A DNA stretch of 64,000 nucleotides from Alphaproteobacteria bacterium (GCA_022820945.1 JAJEEP010000040.1:47536-111535); one strand, 5' to 3'. Shown: positions 8,024 to 22,647, counted from the stretch's first letter. The notes: generated by a model from the letters alone, not told the origin. Numbers and translations are program-made.

Positions 8024-10078
8024 TCAGCCTTCGGCCTGCGGGATGTGCATGACGATGGTGTGCCAGGGGTCGACCTCGGCCTTGAGGCCGGGCGGCACCA
8101 GCACCGTTGAATCGAGCTGCTCGATGATCGCCGGCCCTTCGACCACCGCGCCGGCGTGCAGGGCATCGCGGTCGTAGATGGGCGTCACGATCGGATCGGG
8201 CGCCTCGTCGAAGACCACCGGCCGCTCGGTCTCGGGCGCCGGCGCCGAGCGGTCCATCTCTTCCTTCGCGAACTCGGCCTTCTGCGAGAGCCCGGTCGCG
8301 GTGACGGTGAGGCGGTAGATCTCGACCGGCGCGTCGGGCCTCGAATAGTTGTGCTCGCGGCCGTGCTCCTCGTGGAACTGGGCGATGGCGGCTTCGAGCG
8401 AGCCGGCGCTTGCGTCCACCTTGATCGACATGGAGCGCCACTGGCCGAGATAGCGCATGTCGACGAAGCGCTCGAACTGCATGCGGTCCTCGGTCACGCC
8501 CTCGTGCAGCAGCCGCTGGCGGCCCTCGTCCTCCAGCGTGCTGAAGGTCTGCTCAATCTCCTCGATCTTGGCGTCGTCGGTGGAGCGCAGATACATCTGC
8601 GACATGTCGTGCTTGATATCCACCAGCAGGCAGCCGAGGGCGGACGTGACGCCGGGATTCGGCGGAACCAGCACGGTCGGGATCGAGAGGTCGCGGGCGA
8701 GCGCCACGCCATGCAGCGGCCCGGCGCCGCCGAACACGGTGAGCGCGAAGTCGCGCGGGTCGTAGCCCCGGCGGATCGAGACCAGGCGCACGGCGTCCGC
8801 CATGTTGGCGTTCGCCACCTGGAGGATGGAGACCGCCGCCTCCTGCACGGAGAGCCCGAGCGGGTCTGCGATGCGGCGCTTGATGGCCTCCTCGGCGAGC
8901 GAGCGGTCCAGGGTGACGGCACCGCCCGCGAGCCGGTCGCTGATGCGGCCGAGGACGATGTTGGCATCGGAGTTGGTGGGCTCCACGCCGCCCCGGCCGT
9001 AGCAGGCGGGCCCCGGCGACGAGCCTGCCGACTGCGGCCCGTTGCGGAGCGAGTTGGCCTCGTCGATCCAGGCGAGCGAGCCGCCGCCCGCGCCGATCGT
9101 CAGCACCTCGATGCTGGGGAAGCAGATCGGGTAGCCGTACTGCACGTACCAGTCGGTGGTGACGCGCAGGTTGCCCCGGTCGCAGAGCGAGACGTCGGTG
9201 CTGGTGCCGCCCATGTCGAGGCTGATGGAGTTCTCGTAGCCCGCGAGCTGGGCGACGAAGCGGCTCGCGATGGCGCCCGCCGCGATGCCCGAAGCGGCGA
9301 GCCGGGCTGCGAACTTCGCCGCCGTGCTCTCGGTCATCACGCCGCCGCCGGAGTGCAGCAGCAGGATGTCCTCCTCGTAGCCGCCTTCGCGGAGCCGGTT
9401 GGCGAGGCGCCCCACGTAGTCGCCGGCGACCGGCGCGAGCACCGCGTTCGCCACCGTGGTCGAGAAGCGCTCGTGCTCGAAGATCTCGGGCATGATCTCG
9501 CTGGAGAGCGAGATCGACGCGCCGGGCACTTCCTCCTCGAGGATGTCGCGCATGCGGCGCTCGTTCTCGGGATTGGCGAAGGCGTTGGCGAAGCAGACCG
9601 CGATGGTCGTCACGCCGCGCTTGTTGATGATGCGGGCGGCCTCGCGCGCCTCCGCCTCGTTCACCGGCTCGATGACCGCGCCGCTGTAGTCGATGCGTTC
9701 GCTGACCACCAGGCGGTTGCGGCGCTGGATGTAGGGCGGCGCCATCTCCTTGTAGGTGTCCCAGAGGTCGTCGCGGGTGCCGCGCCGGATCTCGATCACG
9801 TCGCGGAAGCCCTTGGTGGTGACCATGATCGCGGGCGGGAAGTTGCGGGTAATCAAGGCGTTGGTGGCGAGTGTGGTGCCGTGAGCGAAGAGCACCATGT
9901 CCTGGAGGTCCACCCCGCCGGCCCTGATGCCCTCCAGCACGCCGTCGATGGGGTCGGGTGTCGTCGGGGTCTTGGCGACGCGCATCTGGCCGGACGCCTC
10001 GTCCAGGACGCACACGTCGGTGAAGGTGCCGCCGACATCACACGCGACGCGAACGGCCGCCCTCGAAACGTCATTCAT
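8024..10078 (-). CDS. hydantoinase A/5-oxoprolinase-family ATP-binding subunit (pair 1)
   Basis: DVGGTFTD, HGTT.ATNA, DMGGTSTDVS, IGAGGGS, GPQSAGSSPGPACYG.GG, FGGAGPLH, DMRY.GQ, GPAIIEQ.DST. Start placed at ATG 10078 behind GGAGAGG. Confidence 0.93.
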   Translation of the reverse strand: MNDVSRAAVRVACDVGGTFTDVCVLDEASGQMRVAKTPTTPDPIDGVLEGIRAGGVDLQDMVLFAHGTTLATNALITRNFPPAIMVTTKGFRDVIEIRRGTRDDLWDTYKEMAPPYIQRRNRLVVSERIDYSGAVIEPVNEAEAREAARIINKRGVTTIAVCFANAFANPENERRMRDILEEEVPGASISLSSEIMPEIFEHERFSTTVANAVLAPVAGDYVGRLANRLREGGYEEDILLLHSGGGVMTESTAAKFAARLAASGIAAGAIASRFVAQLAGYENSISLDMGGTSTDVSLCDRGNLRVTTDWYVQYGYPICFPSIEVLTIGAGGGSLAWIDEANSLRNGPQSAGSSPGPACYGRGGVEPTNSDANIVLGRISDRLAGGAVTLDRSLAEEAIKRRIADPLGLSVQEAAVSILQVANANMADAVRLVSIRRGYDPRDFALTVFGGAGPLHGVALARDLSIPTVLVPPNPGVTSALGCLLVDIKHDMSQMYLRSTDDAKIEEIEQTFSTLEDEGRQRLLHEGVTEDRMQFERFVDMRYLGQWRSMSIKVDASAGSLEAAIAQFHEEHGREHNYSRPDAPVEIYRLTVTATGLSQKAEFAKEEMDRSAPAPETERPVVFDEAPDPIVTPIYDRDALHAGAVVEGPAIIEQLDSTVLVPPGLKAEVDPWHTIVMHIPQAEG

Positions 10079-10244
10079 GCTTAACGGTCCTCTCCCACTT
10101 GATCTCGCGACCGACCGCAGCCGCTTTTTCCGGCGGCGCAGCATATGCCGTGAGCGTCCCAAGGCCTAGGGCGCTATGCGACTTGTCGGGATCGCGGCCA
10201 AACGACGAAGGGACGAGACACCAGGTCGAATGTGGCTCTATCTA

Positions 10245-11651
10245 TTACTCGGCCGCTTCTTCGGTTTGAGGCTCGATCAGCTCTTCCGCCTGAGCTTCGC
10301 GGGGGTCGAGCTCGACCGGCTCCAGCGCCGGGATCGACGACGAGGCCGGCGCGACGCCCAGCTCCTCGAACTTGCGCGCCGTCGGCAGGACCCGGCTTTC
10401 CAGCGAGCCCACGCCCTTGTTGTAGCGGTCCACGGTTTGCCGCAGCGACCGGCCGAGGTCGCCCATGTGCCCGCCAAAGACCTTGATCCGCTCGTAGAGA
10501 TCGCGGCCCTGAGCCGCCACGACCTGCGCGTTCTCGGCGAGCTTCTCCTGCTGCCAGCCGTAGGCGATGGTCTTCACCAGGGCGATCAGGGTGGTCGGCG
10601 TGCTGATCAGGACCCGCTGGCGCGCGGCGCTCTCGAACAGCGCGGGATCGCTCTCGATGGCCGCCGCGAAGAAGGATTCGCCGGGGACGAACATCACGAC
10701 GAACTCGGGCGTCTCGGGCAGGGCCTTCCAGTAGTCCCGCGACGACAGCATGCGCACGTGATCGCGGACCTGGCGGGCGTGGTCGGCCATGAGCCGCTCG
10801 CGGGACTCCTCGTCGCTGGCCTCCACGGCGCTGAGGTAGGCGTCGAGCGGTGTCTTGGCATCGACGATGATCGACTTGCCGCCGGGGACGCGGACGATCA
10901 CGTCCGGTCGCAACCGGCCCTCTTCGCCCTCGATGGTCGATTGCTCGACGAAGTCCACGTGCTCGGTCATGCCGGCCATGTCGAGCACGTTGCGGAGCTG
11001 GTATTCGCCCCAGCGCCCGCGGGTCTGGGGCCGCCGGAGCGCCTGCACGAGGCGGCTGGTCTCCGAGCGCAGGCCGGTCTGCCCCTCCGCCAGATTCTTC
11101 ACCTGCTCGCTGATGGCCCGGTAGGCGCCCTCGCGCGCCTTCTCGATCGCGTCCACCTTGTGCTCGAACTTGGAGAGGCTTTCGCCCAGCGGCTTGACCA
11201 GGGTCTCGATCGCCACGCGGCGCTTCTCCAGGTCGTCCTTGGCGCTCGCGCTGTGCTTGTCGAAGCGCTCGCTCACGAGCTTCAGGAAGCTCTCGCTGTT
11301 CTTGCCGAGCGCTTCCGAGGCGATACCGGCGAACTTCTTCTCGAGCTCGGCGCCCATGCGCGTCAGCTCGGCGACGCGCGCCTCGTGGCTCTTGCGGTCC
11401 GCTTCACGCGCCGTCTGGAGCGCCACGACTTCCTTCTCGGCCTCCTGCAACTGTCCGCGCAACCTGGTGCTCTCCTCTTCGAGGTCCGGGACGCGCTCGG
11501 CATCGACGGTGAGGCGGGCGGTCTCGGTCGCGCGTGCCTCCCGCTCCTTCGCTGCTCTCCGCGTTGCCGGGAGCACCAGGGCGAAATAGCAGACGGCCGC
11601 GCCCGCGAGCGCTGCCAGCACGATGACGATGACGGTCAGCCCGAGGCCCAT
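10245..11651 (-). CDS. rmuC: DNA recombination protein RmuC
   Basis: N-terminal TM helix, coiled coil, RGRWGE.QL, RPDVIVR.PG...IVDAK, FVVMFVPGE, TPTTLIAL. Confidence 0.93.
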   Translation of the reverse strand: MGLGLTVIVIVLAALAGAAVCYFALVLPATRRAAKEREARATETARLTVDAERVPDLEEESTRLRGQLQEAEKEVVALQTAREADRKSHEARVAELTRMGAELEKKFAGIASEALGKNSESFLKLVSERFDKHSASAKDDLEKRRVAIETLVKPLGESLSKFEHKVDAIEKAREGAYRAISEQVKNLAEGQTGLRSETSRLVQALRRPQTRGRWGEYQLRNVLDMAGMTEHVDFVEQSTIEGEEGRLRPDVIVRVPGGKSIIVDAKTPLDAYLSAVEASDEESRERLMADHARQVRDHVRMLSSRDYWKALPETPEFVVMFVPGESFFAAAIESDPALFESAARQRVLISTPTTLIALVKTIAYGWQQEKLAENAQVVAAQGRDLYERIKVFGGHMGDLGRSLRQTVDRYNKGVGSLESRVLPTARKFEELGVAPASSSIPALEPVELDPREAQAEELIEPQTEEAAE

Positions 11652-11713
11652 ATCGTCGATCCGCCGTTCACCTGGCCCTGTTCAGGATGCGTCAATGAAC
11701 ACGGGCGCCTTCG

Positions 11714-13294
11714 TCAGAAACTCAGGCGCTTCAGGTCGATGACGGCGGCGCGTGACCGGAGCTGGGCCTCCACCTCGTCCGGCACCACCGAATCGACGCC
11801 GATGAGGCCGATCGCGTCGCCGCCCGGTTCTCTCCGTCCGAGATTGAAGGTGGCGATATTGATGCCGGCCTCGCCGAGGATCGTTGCCACCGCGCCGATC
11901 AGACCCGGCCTGTCCTCGTTGGTGAAGTAGAGCATGTGCGGGCCGAGTTCCGCTTCGATCTCGATGCCCTCGATTTCCACGATTCGCTGCCCGCCCCGGC
12001 CGATGAGCGTGCCTGCCACCGTCTGCGCGTGCTCTTGCGACAGCACTTCGACCCGCATGAGAGTCCGATAGTCCGCCGTCATCTCGCTCCTGACTTCGCG
12101 TACGGTGATGCCGCGCTCGCGGGCGATGAAGGGGGCGTTGACGATGTTGATGTCGTCGAGGCGCGGGGCGAGCAGACCCTGCAGGGCGGCGGCGGTGAGC
12201 AGCCGCGAATCGAGCGCGCTGGCCTGGCCTTCATAGGCGACCGTGACGCCGTGGATGCGGCCTGCCGCGATCTGCCCGGCGAAGCTCCCGATCTGCTGGG
12301 CGAGGGTGAGGTAGGGCCCGAGCTTCGCCATGTCCTCCGGCGCGACCGACGGCGTGTTGACCGCGTTCAGAACCGTGCCGGTCAGCAGGTACTCGGCCAT
12401 CTGCTGCGCGATCTGAACCGCGACGTTCTCCTGCGCCTCGACGGTGGAGGCGCCGAGGTGCGGCGTCGCAATCACCTCGTCTCGGGCAAAGAGCGGGTTG
12501 TCCTCCTGCGCGGGCTCCTCCTCGAACACGTCGAGCGCGGCACCTGCCACGTGGCCGCTCTCGATGGCGTTGATCAAGGCCGACTCCACGACCAGCCCGC
12601 CTCGCGCGCAGTTCACGATGCGGACGCCGGGCCTGGTCTTGGCCAGCGCATCGGCGTCGATGATTCCCCGCGTCTCGTCCGTGAGAGGGACGTGCAGGGT
12701 GATGACGTCGGCCTCGCCGAGCAGCTCGTCCATCGTCGCCAACGTCACGCCCAGGGAGGCGGCGCGGTCCGGCGAGAGGTAGGGGTCGAAGGCGACGACC
12801 CGCATCTTGAGGCCCTGGGCCAGGGTCGCGACAATGGCGCCGATGGTGCCGCAGCCGACGACTCCCAGCGTCTTGTCGCGCAGCTCCACGCCCATGAAGC
12901 GGCCGCGCTCCCAGCTGCCCTTGCGGGTGGAGCGGTCGGCCTGCGGGATGCGCCGTGCCAGCGCACACATCATGGCGATGGTGTGCTCGGCGGCGGTCAC
13001 GGAATTGCCGTGGGGCGTGTTCATGACCACGATGCCGCGCTTGGTCGCGGTGTTAATGTCGACGTTGTCGACACCGGTGCCAGCGCGGCCCACGACCTTG
13101 AGCCGGCTCGCCTGTGCCAGCAGATCCGGGGTCACCTTGGTCGCAGAGCGGACCACGAGGCCCTCGTAGTCGCCGATGATCTCGGCCAGCGCCTCGGGCG
13201 CGAGGCCCGGTTGAACGCTCACCTCGATGCCGCGCTCGGCGAACGCCTGCACGGCGACCTCGCTCACCTCGTCTGCGATCAGGACTCTCGGCAT
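11714..13294 (-). CDS. serA: D-3-phosphoglycerate dehydrogenase
   Basis: VRSATKVT, GRAGTGVDNVD, NTP.GN...AEH, G.G.IG, NCARGG, TPHLGASTVEAQ, C-terminal ASB and ACT domains. Confidence 0.96.
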   Translation of the reverse strand: MPRVLIADEVSEVAVQAFAERGIEVSVQPGLAPEALAEIIGDYEGLVVRSATKVTPDLLAQASRLKVVGRAGTGVDNVDINTATKRGIVVMNTPHGNSVTAAEHTIAMMCALARRIPQADRSTRKGSWERGRFMGVELRDKTLGVVGCGTIGAIVATLAQGLKMRVVAFDPYLSPDRAASLGVTLATMDELLGEADVITLHVPLTDETRGIIDADALAKTRPGVRIVNCARGGLVVESALINAIESGHVAGAALDVFEEEPAQEDNPLFARDEVIATPHLGASTVEAQENVAVQIAQQMAEYLLTGTVLNAVNTPSVAPEDMAKLGPYLTLAQQIGSFAGQIAAGRIHGVTVAYEGQASALDSRLLTAAALQGLLAPRLDDINIVNAPFIARERGITVREVRSEMTADYRTLMRVEVLSQEHAQTVAGTLIGRGGQRIVEIEGIEIEAELGPHMLYFTNEDRPGLIGAVATILGEAGINIATFNLGRREPGGDAIGLIGVDSVVPDEVEAQLRSRAAVIDLKRLSF

Positions 13295-13319
13295 CGCCTC
13301 CGGACCTCCGCTGAGCGGA

Positions 13320-14489
13320 TCAGCCCACTCCCTGCCGGCGCACTTCGTCCCAGGCCCAGTCGAGCCACGGCGTCAGCGCTTCGAGATCGTCGCGTTGCAC
13401 CGTGCCGCCGCTCCAGATTCGAAGCCCCGGCGGGGCGGCTCGGTGGGTCTTGATATCATATGCGGCGTTCTCCGCCTCCAGCAGCGCGCACATGCGCTTG
13501 ATCGCGGCCCACTGCTCGTCGGTGCCGAGATCGCTGAACCAGGGGTCCACGATGCTGAGGCACACCGATGTGTGGGAGCGGGTCTCCGGCGCCGCGGCCA
13601 GGAAGTCGATCCACGCGCGCTCCGCGACCCAGGCCTCGATGACGCCGAAGTTGGCCTGCGCCCGCGCGATCATTCCATCCCGCCCGCCGATGGACTCGAT
13701 CCAGCGGAGCGCGTCGAGCGTGTCCTCGATCGCCATCATCGAGACCGTGTTGATGGTCTCGCCCCGGAAGATGCCCTCGTTGAGGCGGCCGTCGCCGGTG
13801 GTGAGCCGGAACACCCTTGGCACCGGCCAGGGCGGCGGCGCGCTCTCCAGCCGCTCCACCGCCCGCGGGCCCAGGATCAGCATGCCGAACCCGGCTTCGC
13901 CGCCCAGCGCCTTCTGCCAGGAGTAGGTGGTGGCATCGAGCCTGGTCCAGTCCATCGGATAGGCGAGGACGGCGGAGGTGGCATCGCAAAGCGTGAGCCC
14001 GGCACGGTCGGCGGCGATCCACTCGGCATCGGGCACCCGCACGCCGGACGTGGTGCCGTTCCAAACGAATACCGTGTCGCGGTCCGGATCGACCTGCGCG
14101 AGGTCGGGCAGCCGGCCGTAGGGCGCGTCGATCACGCGCGCATCCAGCGGGCGCAGCTCGCGTTCACCGTCGATGGCCCAGAGCGCACCGAAATTGTCCC
14201 AGCGCAGGAAGTCCACTCCGCGCGGGCCGAGCAGCGACCACATGGCCATCTCGATGGCGCCCGTATCGGAGCCCGGCACGATGCCGAGGCGCCACTCATC
14301 CGGCAGGCCGAGCAGCGCGCGCGAGCGCTCCAGCAGCTCCTGGATTCGCGCCAGCGGTTCCCTCGCCCGGTGAGACCGGCCCAGCAGCGCGCCCGAGAGG
14401 ACATCGACGGACCATCCAGGGCGCTTGGGGCAGGGCCCGGAGGAGAAGAGCGGATTGTCTGGACGGACGGTGGGCTTCATGGGCGGCAC
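13320..14489 (-). CDS. serC: phosphoserine aminotransferase (Methanosarcina/alphaproteobacterial type)
   Basis: FSSGPC.KRPGW, GRSHR, PGSDTGA.E, WNGTTSGV, DATSA, PLP lysine in SWQK. Directly upstream of serA; alternative ATG at 14480. Confidence 0.95.
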   Translation of the reverse strand: MPPMKPTVRPDNPLFSSGPCPKRPGWSVDVLSGALLGRSHRAREPLARIQELLERSRALLGLPDEWRLGIVPGSDTGAIEMAMWSLLGPRGVDFLRWDNFGALWAIDGERELRPLDARVIDAPYGRLPDLAQVDPDRDTVFVWNGTTSGVRVPDAEWIAADRAGLTLCDATSAVLAYPMDWTRLDATTYSWQKALGGEAGFGMLILGPRAVERLESAPPPWPVPRVFRLTTGDGRLNEGIFRGETINTVSMMAIEDTLDALRWIESIGGRDGMIARAQANFGVIEAWVAERAWIDFLAAAPETRSHTSVCLSIVDPWFSDLGTDEQWAAIKRMCALLEAENAAYDIKTHRAAPPGLRIWSGGTVQRDDLEALTPWLDWAWDEVRRQGVG

Positions 14490-14511
14490 GGCCGGTGCGG
14501 ACCTCTCGGGC

Positions 14512-15294
14512 TCAGACCGCGATCGTCCCTTCGAGATACTGTGCGGCGCGGCCGGAGAGTCGGACCCGGTCGCCTGCGACCGTACACCGGACCGTCCCGC
14601 TGCGCGCTGAGACCTGGCGAGCCTGAAAGGTCGTCTTGCCCAGGCGTTCCGCCCAGAAGGGCGCGAGCATGCAGTGGGCGGACCCGGTGACCGGGTCCTC
14701 GGGGACCCCGAGCCGGGGGCTGAAGAAGCGCGAGACGAAGTCCGCGCTCTCGCCGGGCGCGGTCACGATGACCCCGCGGCGCTCTTCGAGCCGCGCCAGC
14801 GCCGTCATGTCGGGCCGGATGGCTCTGACTTGGGCCTCGGTCTCGAACAGCGCGAGATAGTCCATGTCGGCGAACACCGCCTGGGGTTCGGCCCCTAGGC
14901 CGGCGGAGAGATCGGCCGGCGACTCGACGGGGTGCGCGGCAAGCGCCGGGAAGTCCATGGTGAGGTCGTCGCCGCTGCGGGTCACCTCCAGACGTCCGCT
15001 CCGGGTCTCGAAGGCGACCGAATCGGCGTCCGGTTGCACATGGTGAAACACGACATGGGCGCTGGCGAGGGTCGCGTGGCCGCAGAGATCGACCTCGGCC
15101 AGCGGCGTGAACCAGCGCAATGCGTAGGCGCCGTTGGCCGACACGAAGAACGCCGTCTCTGACAGGTTGTTCTCGTTCGCGATGGCCTGCAGCGTAGCAT
15201 CGTCGAGCCAAGATTCGAGTGGACAGACCGCGGCCGGATTGCCGCCGAACACCGCGTCGGTGAATGCATCGATCTGGAATATCCGCAGGCGCAT
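14512..15294 (-). CDS. PhzF-family isomerase
   Basis: QIDAFT...FGGNPAAV, NNLSETAF, LRWFTP..EVDLCGHATLA, EDPVTGSAHC. Start placed at ATG 15294. Confidence 0.93.
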   Translation of the reverse strand: MRLRIFQIDAFTDAVFGGNPAAVCPLESWLDDATLQAIANENNLSETAFFVSANGAYALRWFTPLAEVDLCGHATLASAHVVFHHVQPDADSVAFETRSGRLEVTRSGDDLTMDFPALAAHPVESPADLSAGLGAEPQAVFADMDYLALFETEAQVRAIRPDMTALARLEERRGVIVTAPGESADFVSRFFSPRLGVPEDPVTGSAHCMLAPFWAERLGKTTFQARQVSARSGTVRCTVAGDRVRLSGRAAQYLEGTIAV

Positions 15295-15391
15295 GCAACA
15301 GTTTATTGACGATCGCGGACAGGCGTGCAAGGTGAGGCGAGGGGCTGCGGCGCCGTGCGCCGCTCCGCAACGATCGGGTTCCGCCGACGGC

Positions 15392-16819
15392 ATGAACCGC
15401 GACGCCTTGGCAGCACTCCGGATATTCCTGTTGGCCGCCTGCGTGGGGGCGGCGGCGCTTTGCGTGTCGGCGGTCACGTCACCGAAGGCGTCTGCCAAGG
15501 ACTTCTTCGACGCCTACGAGGCGTTTCAGCGGGGCGACTACGAGGAGGCGCGCGCCATCTGGTCCACGCTTGCCTACGACGGCGACGTCGACGCGCAATT
15601 CAACCTCGGCACGCTCTACGAGAACGGCCTTGGCGTGGAAACGGACGCCGAGCAGGCGGCCCGCTGGTACCGGGCTGCGGCAGCGCGCCGCGTGGACATG
15701 GCGCGGCTTGCACTGGCGCGCTTGCAGCGCACTGGCGCGCTCGAGCCGGAGCCGGACGAGGATCAGATCAAGCTCCTCGAGACCGCCGCCCGGCGCGGCC
15801 TTGCCGAGGCCCAATACGAGCTCGGCGTGGCTTACGATCGAGGGATCGGTGTCACCCAGAATTACGCGACCGCGGCTGGCTGGTACCAGCGCGCGGCTGA
15901 GCAGGGGCTTACGGACGCCCAGTACAACCTGGCGACGCTGTTCGACGAAGGCCTGGGAACGCCGCGCGATTTCGAGCAGGCACGGGAATGGTACATGCGC
16001 GCTGCCGACGCCGGAGAGGCCCGGGCCATGAACAACCTGGGATATATCTACGAGAAGGGGCTGACCGGCGTACGGGACTACGGTAATGCCGTCGTGTGGT
16101 ATCGACGTGCGGCGCACAAGGGCCTTGCCATCGCGCAAAGCAACCTCGCGGCCCTTCACTATCTCGGCCGCGGTGTGACCCGCGACTTCGAGCAGGCCCA
16201 TCGCTGGTACGGGGCCGCTGCGGAGCAAGGCGATACCGCGGGGCAGAACGGACTCGGCCTTCTCTACGCCAACGGCCTCGGCGTCGAGCGCGATCTCGTC
16301 AGGGCGATGGCCTGGTTCAGCCTCGCAGTCCACGGGGAAGGCTCGGCCGCCGCAGACGCCAAGACCTATCGCGACCGGCTCGCGCGCCTGCTATCGGTGG
16401 AAGAGCGTGCCGAGGCAGCAGCGCTGAGCGAAGAGATTCTGGCCCGAGCAGTTGCCGAGGAGGCGCCAGAGGAACCGGTCTTCGGCGTGTCCTTGCCGAG
16501 GCCGGCTAACGGCTTCCGCGATTCCGCCATCTACGCACAAAGGCTCCTCAAGTCGTTGGGCTACTATGACGCGGCGGTGGACGGAGTCGCCGGTGAGTTC
16601 ACAATCAAGGCGACGCAGCAATTTCTGAGAGAGAACGGGCTGAGAATGGACGCGCGGATTACCCGCGATCTGGTGGTAGCGCTGGAGCTAGAGCGAGAGG
16701 CACGGATCGCCGAAGCGGCGGCCGCTGCTGCCGCTGCCGCCGAAGACGCTGCGGGGCAGGAGAGCGTCGAGGAGCCGACCGGCGAAACAGCCGTGCGAAA
16801 CGGGCAGGGCCAGTCATGA
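15392..16819 (+). CDS. exported Sel1-repeat protein with C-terminal peptidoglycan-binding-like domain
   Basis: Signal peptide, about seven AQ.NLG.LY..G.GV..D...A..WY..AA..G repeats, then AQRLLKSLGYY...VDGVAG..T..A..QF. Start placed at ATG 15392. Confidence 0.85.
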   Translation: MNRDALAALRIFLLAACVGAAALCVSAVTSPKASAKDFFDAYEAFQRGDYEEARAIWSTLAYDGDVDAQFNLGTLYENGLGVETDAEQAARWYRAAAARRVDMARLALARLQRTGALEPEPDEDQIKLLETAARRGLAEAQYELGVAYDRGIGVTQNYATAAGWYQRAAEQGLTDAQYNLATLFDEGLGTPRDFEQAREWYMRAADAGEARAMNNLGYIYEKGLTGVRDYGNAVVWYRRAAHKGLAIAQSNLAALHYLGRGVTRDFEQAHRWYGAAAEQGDTAGQNGLGLLYANGLGVERDLVRAMAWFSLAVHGEGSAAADAKTYRDRLARLLSVEERAEAAALSEEILARAVAEEAPEEPVFGVSLPRPANGFRDSAIYAQRLLKSLGYYDAAVDGVAGEFTIKATQQFLRENGLRMDARITRDLVVALELEREARIAEAAAAAAAAAEDAAGQESVEEPTGETAVRNGQGQS

Positions 16820-17649
16820 GGCCTGCGCGTGCAATGAGTCCCACGTCCCCTGCGGCACTGGCTGCATCGATCGTGCTGGCTCTGGCACTGCTCGTGGGCT
16901 GTGCGACCGAGGAAGAGGCCTACGTCGAACGCTCGGTCGAGGAGCTTTACAACGAGGCGATGGACGGCCTGCTGGACGACGACTTCGAGGCCGCCGCGAC
17001 GGGATTCGCCGAAGTCGAACGCCAGCATCCCTATTCCGTGTGGGCGACGCGGGCGCAGATCATGTCGGCGTTCGTCTACTACCAAGGCAACCTCTACGAC
17101 GAGGCCATCGCCGCGGCCGAGCGGTTTGTCGAACTGCACCCGGGTCATCGCGATGCTGCCTATGGCTACTACCTGATCGCCATGTCCTACTACGAACAAA
17201 TCTCGGACGTGGGCCGGGATCAGAGCACCACGGCGCGCGCGTTGCAGGCTCTGGAGGAGGTCGCGCGCCGGTTCCCCGGCAGCGTCTACGCGCGCGACGC
17301 CCGCCTCAAGATCGATCTGGCGCGCGATCATCTCGCGGGCAAGGAGATGGCCGTCGGCCGCTACTACCTGCGGCGCGAGAATCACATTGCGGCAATCGGA
17401 CGCTTTCGCAAGGTCATCGAGCTATACCAGACCACGAGCCATGCACCGGAAGCGCTGCATCGCCTGACCGAAGCCTACCTGGCGCTGGGCGTGCCCAACG
17501 AGGCGCAGACCTCGGCGGCGGTGCTCGGCCACAATTACCCCGGCAGCCGGTGGTACCAGCACAGCTATGCCTTGCTTGTCGACTCCGACCTCGAACCCGA
17601 GGCGGATGAGGGTTCGTGGATCAGCCGGGTCTTCGGCGACGTATTCTGA
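16816..17649 (+). CDS. bamD: outer membrane protein assembly factor BamD
   Basis: Lipobox LVGC, ERQHPYS.WA, QI.DV.RDQ, HLAGKEM.VGRYY, LGHNYP.S.WY. Upstream of recN. Confidence 0.95.
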   Translation: MRPARAMSPTSPAALAASIVLALALLVGCATEEEAYVERSVEELYNEAMDGLLDDDFEAAATGFAEVERQHPYSVWATRAQIMSAFVYYQGNLYDEAIAAAERFVELHPGHRDAAYGYYLIAMSYYEQISDVGRDQSTTARALQALEEVARRFPGSVYARDARLKIDLARDHLAGKEMAVGRYYLRRENHIAAIGRFRKVIELYQTTSHAPEALHRLTEAYLALGVPNEAQTSAAVLGHNYPGSRWYQHSYALLVDSDLEPEADEGSWISRVFGDVF

Positions 17650-17658
17650 CGCCGGCAG

Positions 17659-22124
<4,466 letters not shown>

Positions 22125-22128
<4 letters not shown>

Positions 22129-22448
22129 TGTGCGCCGCGGGAGAGATTGAGCCCGACCACGCCGATGATGATGAGGATGATGGAGCCTATCCTGAGCGGT
22201 CCCATTGGCTCCTTGAACCAGATGTAGCCGATCATGGCGATGGCCGCTGTCCCGATACCGGCCCAGATCGCGTAGGACAGGCCGAGATCGAGCTTCTTCA
22301 GCGCAAGCGCGAACAACACGAAGCTGACGCCGTAGAGCACGAAGATCAGCGCCGTGAAGACGGGCTTGGTCAGCCCCTCGCTGAGCTTCATGGAGGTCGT
22401 GCCGCCGACCTCGAATACGATGGCGAGGGCAAGATAGAGCCAGTGCAT
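22125..22448 (-). CDS. SMR (EmrE/QacE-type) small multidrug efflux transporter
   Basis: 107 aa, four TM helices, [26 protein letters not shown]. Confidence 0.92.
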
Positions 22449-22647
22449 GGTGCGACTCCGCGCGAATACCGACCGGGGCTCGTCATTCTTTGATGCGTGT
22501 CGCGGAGTCAAGGAATTGGAGGGAGAGGCATATCTCCGGCGGAAAAGGTAATGCCCCAGCTTGCGTGCGCCGGGGTGGGCGGGGACAATCGCCTCGCCCG
22601 GCGCACCCGCGTGCCGCGCGTGCCTGTTAGGCGACGGTGACCGTCCC

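Noticed and set aside
10120-10155. Sigma54 promoter upstream of hydantoinase A1
   Set aside because: CGGCATATGCTGCGC lacks the TTGC -12 element; too weak to call.
14512-15294. Phenazine biosynthesis cluster
   Set aside because: A lone PhzF-family gene; no phzA/B/D/E/G nearby.
22449-22647. Guanidine riboswitch upstream of the SMR gene
   Set aside because: No ykkC-I, mini-ykkC (paired ACGR-loop hairpins) or ykkC-III consensus seen, and the protein is not Gdx-type.
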